A stretch of 44,222 bases of DNA from Pelagomonas calceolata (taxonomy: Eukaryota): the NCBI GenBank assembly GCA_918797485.1, contig CAKKNE010000004.1, forward strand, positions 5,270,001 through 5,314,222, in the 5' to 3' direction. Each line of letters starts with the position of its first letter. Positions within the stretch are counted from its first letter, which is position 1. Shown here piece after piece: positions 40,042 to 44,222 of this stretch. A program made the position numbers and the translations under genes. Below the pieces are notes generated by a model. It was not told the DNA's origin. It was given only the letters and a program-made list of their open reading frames with translations, and did not search any database.

Positions 40042-41280
40042 TCATCGGCGCGCTCGCCCTCGCGCCTTGGCGTTCGCAGCAGCCGCCGCCTGGACCTGCC
40101 CCTTTGACTCTGGCATGCGCACGCCCCATTTGGGATTTTCGTTCGGACGATTGGCCAGCGTCGCCGCGCACACATACTCCTGCGCGCGGTCGTTTTCCAG
40201 GTCAAACAGCCCCGCGATGAGCGGGATGGCCACCGTCCCTGTCCGCCCGTGGCCGCCCCGGCAGTGGATGTAGATCACCTCCCCCGCGACAACTCGCCGC
40301 TTGAGCTCCAGCACCAGCGACACCAAGGCCTGCTGCTCGGGCGGTTCAAAGTCCGCGACGGGAAAATGGAGAAAGTCGGCATCTCGGGCGGCGCGCCGCA
40401 GGTCGAACGGGTACTCGCGATCGCGGTAGCGCTCCGAGCTGTACTCGCCGATGAGAGAAACGAACGTCGTCACTCCCGCGTCGGCGAGGGTCAGCGCATC
40501 CGGCCCTGCCGGTGTTTGCGGCCAGCTGCCGCCGGGCCGCTCGCCGATCAACACGTGGCCAGGGACGAGCCAGTTCGAGGTGCCGGTCGGGGGCGCGGGT
40601 AGGGACCGCGGGTCTGGCAGCGGCGCGCCGAGCTCGAGGGCCGGACCTTCGATTGCACCACGGCCTATACTGAAGGCGTCCAACCTCGCGGTCACGCGGC
40701 GATTGACGTGAATCGCCCGAGGGTCGATGCGAATCGCCTCGAAGATTGTCCAGGAGTTGACGCGTCCGACGGAGGCGCGGCCGAGCAGCTCCGAGCAGAC
40801 GTTGATGCCGTGCAGGAGGATCGCGGCAATCAGGAACTCCGTCGCCACCAGGCCATCGGCAATCCGCACGCCGCCGTCGCGGACCGGCCCCGCGGCAAAC
40901 TCCCGCACCACGCCAAAGACTTCCACCATGGAAGCCGTGAAAGGCGGTGGCTCGAGCGCCGCAGCACCAGAGGGCGCCCACAGCGGGTTGGCATCGAGCC
41001 GCGCCAGCAGGTGTGTCTGCCAGTCGTCGCCGCAAGGCGCCGCCGGCTGCATTTGCTCCCCCAGCCAGCCCTTGACGCGCGCGCCGCAGCCCGGCTGCAC
41101 CAGTGCCCACAGCACGTGCTCTGTGCCGACGCCAGGGTGGCCGCGCGCCGCCGCCTCGTCGCGTGCCGCTGTGAGCAGCGCCAGTGCGTTGGGGGAGAAG
41201 GCGGGCAAGTTCTCAACGCCAAAATTAGGCCGCACGGCGCCGTAGGCCGCGGCGCTCATGATCTCGACGGCGCGCGCCAT
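40042..41280 (-). CDS. Clp N-terminal (Clp-R) domain fused to a Cys-dependent PTP/dual-specificity phosphatase
   Basis: FSPNALALLTAARDEAAARGHPGVGTEHVLWAL and a second repeat FTASMVEVF..VATEFLIAAIL. Phosphatase motifs SNWLVPG, HFPVADF, and P-loop IYIHCRGGHGRTG. Confidence 0.82.
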   Translation of the reverse strand: MARAVEIMSAAAYGAVRPNFGVENLPAFSPNALALLTAARDEAAARGHPGVGTEHVLWALVQPGCGARVKGWLGEQMQPAAPCGDDWQTHLLARLDANPLWAPSGAAALEPPPFTASMVEVFGVVREFAAGPVRDGGVRIADGLVATEFLIAAILLHGINVCSELLGRASVGRVNSWTIFEAIRIDPRAIHVNRRVTARLDAFSIGRGAIEGPALELGAPLPDPRSLPAPPTGTSNWLVPGHVLIGERPGGSWPQTPAGPDALTLADAGVTTFVSLIGEYSSERYRDREYPFDLRRAARDADFLHFPVADFEPPEQQALVSLVLELKRRVVAGEVIYIHCRGGHGRTGTVAIPLIAGLFDLENDRAQEYVCAATLANRPNENPKWGVRMPESKGQVQAAAAANAKARGRARR

Positions 41281-41358
41281 GGGTGGGCCGCGGCGTGCAG
41301 CTATGGGGCTGCCCAAAATCTGCTCAAACTCAGCTCTCCAGGCAAACCACAAAGCAAA

Positions 41359-43203
41359 ATGGCAACCAAGCTCCTCAAAGCCGCACTCTTTGCACAAGCC
41401 GGGGCAGCCTGCAACTGCTTCGGCAACGGCGTCTGCACCAACAACGAGTGCCAATGCGACACCGGCTGGAAGGGCCCCGACTGTGCAACCTTGGACGTGC
41501 TGCCCGCCGCGAAGGCGAGCAGCGGTTTCGCAAGCCGACCGAACTGGGGCGCGGCCCAGCTGCGAGAGGGCAGCATCTATTACACGTTCGTCGGCGCGAA
41601 GCGGAACACGTCGGCGGGCGCGAGCGACGCGTTCGCGAGCAACGCGGGGCTGCACCTGCTGCGGTCGACGAGCCCGACGGGCCCCTTTGAGGACCTCGGC
41701 GAGGAAATCGGTCTCAATGGTCAGTCCTTTGGGTTCCGCGTCGACGCGAAGATCAATCCAGTCGACGGCGCGCTGCTGCTGCTCACCGAGGGCTACGCGC
41801 ACGGAGACGGGTTCGGTTTCATTTTCAGGAGGTCGGCGTCGGGCTCAGCCCTGGGCCCGTGGACCGAGCACCTCGTCTACGAGCTGGGCATGCGGGTCAT
41901 CGATGGCGCCGAGGACTGGACGGCCGACGCCGCCATGGTCGACGCGGACCGCTGGGACTGCCGACTGGCGGACCCGACGTTCGTGGTCTTGGACACGGGT
42001 GAAGTCCTTGTTGGCTACCGGGGCACGCGGTGCTGCTGCAACGCAATCATCGGCGCGTGGTCCTCGACTGGCGAGCACGAGCCCGAGACGCCCGGCCTCC
42101 TCCGCGCAGCGTCGTGGACGGGCCCGTACGTCCGGACGGAGCAGCCAATCTTCGATGCGGACGTCGAGGACATGTTCATGTGGACGAGCGCCCGCGGTGT
42201 ACACATGCTCATGCACTCGCAGGACAACGCGCATTTCAACCACGAGCGCCGCGGCGCCTACGCGTTCAGCGCCGACGCGGGCGTGTCCTGGAATTTCAGC
42301 GCGCGCGAGGCCTGGCCAACGCACTTGGCGCTCGACGACTGCTCCTCAACAAAACTCGCGAAGCGCCAGCGGCCGAGCCTCGCGTTCGACGACGCGGGCC
42401 GACCGGCGTACCTGTTGACGGGCGTCGCGACGACGACGCACGGCCTCGAGTGGGGCGACGGATGGACCGCGTGGCAGCCGCTCCGTGGGGCGATTCCCGC
42501 GTCGGACGCGCCGTGCGCCGAGGACGAGTGCGCCGTGAGCGACGTCGGCACGGCCGGCGCGTGCGAGGCCTGCGGCGCGCTGGACCATTGCACACACGTG
42601 ACGTCGGCGCCCGCGCGCGACCGGTGCATCTGCGCGGCGCCGTGCGACGACGAGCGTCTGGGCGCGGCGTGCGAGGTCAATGCAGATGCGCTCTCGGAGA
42701 CGTGTCCCCACGACGGCTGGAAGTTGCTGCCAGGGACGTCAAATGGCGGTCTCTTCCGGTGCGGAAGTGTCGTGGACGGCGCAGCGACGGGCTGGTATGG
42801 GCATTGCATCGACGCAGCCGCACGGTGCAACGGTGTGCGCAACTGCGGCGACGGCTCCTTCGACGGACAGGACGAGCTCGCCTGCCCATTTGTTGCTGCA
42901 TGCGATTGGCCAGCAGTGGCGCGCGGCGATGGGGTCTGCCTCGAGTGCGTTCCTGAGGATGTGCCAAACTGCCTAGACGCGGCGCCGACGCTCGACGGCG
43001 CTGCCTGCGAGTGCATGCGGTGCGCAACGCCATGGTTGGGCCCGGCCTGCGACGTGTCGCTCGCGGCCGCGCCCACGACTGCCCCCACGCGGACGACTCC
43101 CGCGCCGACGGCGAGGACCGCTCTTTCCGACGGCTCGACCGGCGTTGCGCCTGCCGGTGCTGCCGCATTTGTTGTTGTTGTCTTGGTGATGAATGTGTTC
43201 TAG
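41359..43203 (+). CDS. Cell-surface protein: signal, EGF-like, glycoside-hydrolase-like beta-propeller, Cys-rich/LDLa-like, Thr/Pro stalk, hydrophobic (GPI/TM) tail
   Basis: CFGNGVCTNNECQCDTGWKGPDC (EGF). Propeller-like motifs SPTGPF, ADPTF, SWTGPY, VEDMFMW, RQRP. RCNGVRNCGDGS..DE (LDLa-like). C-terminal AAAFVVVVLVMNVF. Confidence 0.75.
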   Translation: MATKLLKAALFAQAGAACNCFGNGVCTNNECQCDTGWKGPDCATLDVLPAAKASSGFASRPNWGAAQLREGSIYYTFVGAKRNTSAGASDAFASNAGLHLLRSTSPTGPFEDLGEEIGLNGQSFGFRVDAKINPVDGALLLLTEGYAHGDGFGFIFRRSASGSALGPWTEHLVYELGMRVIDGAEDWTADAAMVDADRWDCRLADPTFVVLDTGEVLVGYRGTRCCCNAIIGAWSSTGEHEPETPGLLRAASWTGPYVRTEQPIFDADVEDMFMWTSARGVHMLMHSQDNAHFNHERRGAYAFSADAGVSWNFSAREAWPTHLALDDCSSTKLAKRQRPSLAFDDAGRPAYLLTGVATTTHGLEWGDGWTAWQPLRGAIPASDAPCAEDECAVSDVGTAGACEACGALDHCTHVTSAPARDRCICAAPCDDERLGAACEVNADALSETCPHDGWKLLPGTSNGGLFRCGSVVDGAATGWYGHCIDAAARCNGVRNCGDGSFDGQDELACPFVAACDWPAVARGDGVCLECVPEDVPNCLDAAPTLDGAACECMRCATPWLGPACDVSLAAAPTTAPTRTTPAPTARTALSDGSTGVAPAGAAAFVVVVLVMNVF

Positions 43204-43347
43204 CATAACTGGCTATTTTTTTTGGGGTAAAATCCGGATATTCAAGTTTTGGCGGGGTATGGGGCGCAGCCCCATATAAGCTCTAGCAGTATAATATTAC
43301 TAGTAGCATTGTTTCAAGTTCTTTGGTTAAATACGGATATTTTGGCG

Positions 43348-43824
43348 GAGGTTAGGATCGGGCCCGAAGGGCCCGAAGGGCCCTTTCAGAGGTTGCCTAA
43401 GACTACTAAGCCCCTTCCGAGGTTAGGATCGCTGGGCCCAGGATCGCTGGGCCTGGAGGGCCCGAAGGGCCCGAAGGGCCCTTCCAGAGGTTGCCTTAGA
43501 AGACTACTAAGCCCCTTCCGAGGTTAGGATCGCTGGGCCCGGAGGGCCCGAAGGGCCCGAAGGGCCCTTCCAGAGGTTGCCTAAGACTACTAAGCCCCTT
43601 CTGAGGTTAGGATCGCTGGGCCCGGAGGGCCCGAAGGGCCCGAAGGGCCCTTCCAGAGGTTGCCTAAGACTACTAAGCCCCTTCCGAGGTTAGGATCGCT
43701 GGGCCCAGGATCGCTGGGCCCGGAGGGCCCGAAGGGCCCGAAGGGCCCTTCCAGAGGTTGCCTAAAACTACTAAGCCCCTTCCGAGGTTAGGATCGCTGG
43801 GCCCGAAGGGCCCGAAGGGCCCTT
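43348..43824. repeat. Subtelomeric tandem repeat, ~83-bp unit, about 5.5 copies
   Basis: Units start GAGGTTAGGATCG at 43348, 43419, 43520, 43603, 43686 and 43784. Core GGGCCCGAAGGGCCCGAAGGGCCCTTCCAGAGGTTGCCTAAGACTACTAAGCCCCTTCC. Confidence 0.95.
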
Positions 43825-43936
43825 GCAGCCCCCGGGAACCCGGGGAACGGCTTAGTAGGGTTAGCTTTTTTGAAGGGCGGCTTTTGGGGGGCTGGTTAGG
43901 GTTAGCATGGGCTCTTAGTAGTGTTAGGCCGGGTTA

Positions 43937-44222
43937 TTAGGGTTAGGGTTAGGGTTAGGGTTAGGGTTAGGGTTAGGGTTAGGGTTAGGGTTAGGGTTAG
44001 GGTTAGGGTTAGGGTTAGGGTTAGGGTTAGGGTTAGGGTTAGGGTTAGGGTTAGGGTTAGGGTTAGGGTTAGGGTTAGGGTTAGGGTTAGGGTTAGGGTT
44101 AGGGTTAGGGTTAGGGTTAGGGTTAGGGTTAGGGTTAGGGTTAGGGTTAGGGTTAGGGTTAGGGTTAGGGTTAGGGTTAGGGTTAGGGTTAGGGTTAGGG
44201 TTAGGGTTAGGGTTAGGGTTAG
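43937..44222 (+). repeat. Telomere (TTAGGG)n, about 47 repeats to the window end
   Basis: Continuous TTAGGG array with the G-rich strand running 5'->3' toward the sequence end, preceded by degenerate repeats from about 43850. Confidence 0.99.

Noticed and set aside
43348..43824. CRISPR-like appearance of the regular repeats
   Set aside because: The whole unit repeats with no unique spacers, there are no cas genes, and the context is a eukaryotic subtelomere.
43249..43940. Collagen-like GPEGPKGP ORFs
   Set aside because: Translation artefacts of the GGGCCCGAA sub-repeat in the subtelomeric satellite.

Overview
This window is the gene-dense, GC-rich end of a eukaryotic chromosome. It ends in a (TTAGGG)n telomere (43937-44222) preceded by an ~83-bp subtelomeric tandem repeat. 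Very high coding GC, bipartite plastid-targeting presequences (AGAYAP, ATGFSAP, ALAFVP), tiny intergenic gaps and short introner-like introns suggest a photosynthetic stramenopile, most likely a pelagophyte (inference). About 21 protein-coding genes are supportable: GT8-LRR fusion, long plastid RelA/SpoT homolog, Mog1, HELQ/POLQ-type helicase, divergent XPG/PIN-like nuclease, RelA/SpoT-synthetase-like-TPR fusion, HYOU1/Grp170, Tudor protein, metallophosphoesterase, FHA-EEP nuclease/phosphatase, glyoxalase I, GT61-sulfotransferase fusion, SR/CCCH protein, PDZ-PH protein, SAP-PPR protein, ClpN-Cys-phosphatase fusion, a secreted EGF/beta-propeller protein, and several unknowns. The best novel-system candidate is a hydrolase-less alarmone-synthetase-like domain fused to a TPR array (13134-15464), possibly a sensor-coupled nucleotide-signalling or defence enzyme. 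All domain calls come from motif recognition by eye; no database search was run.
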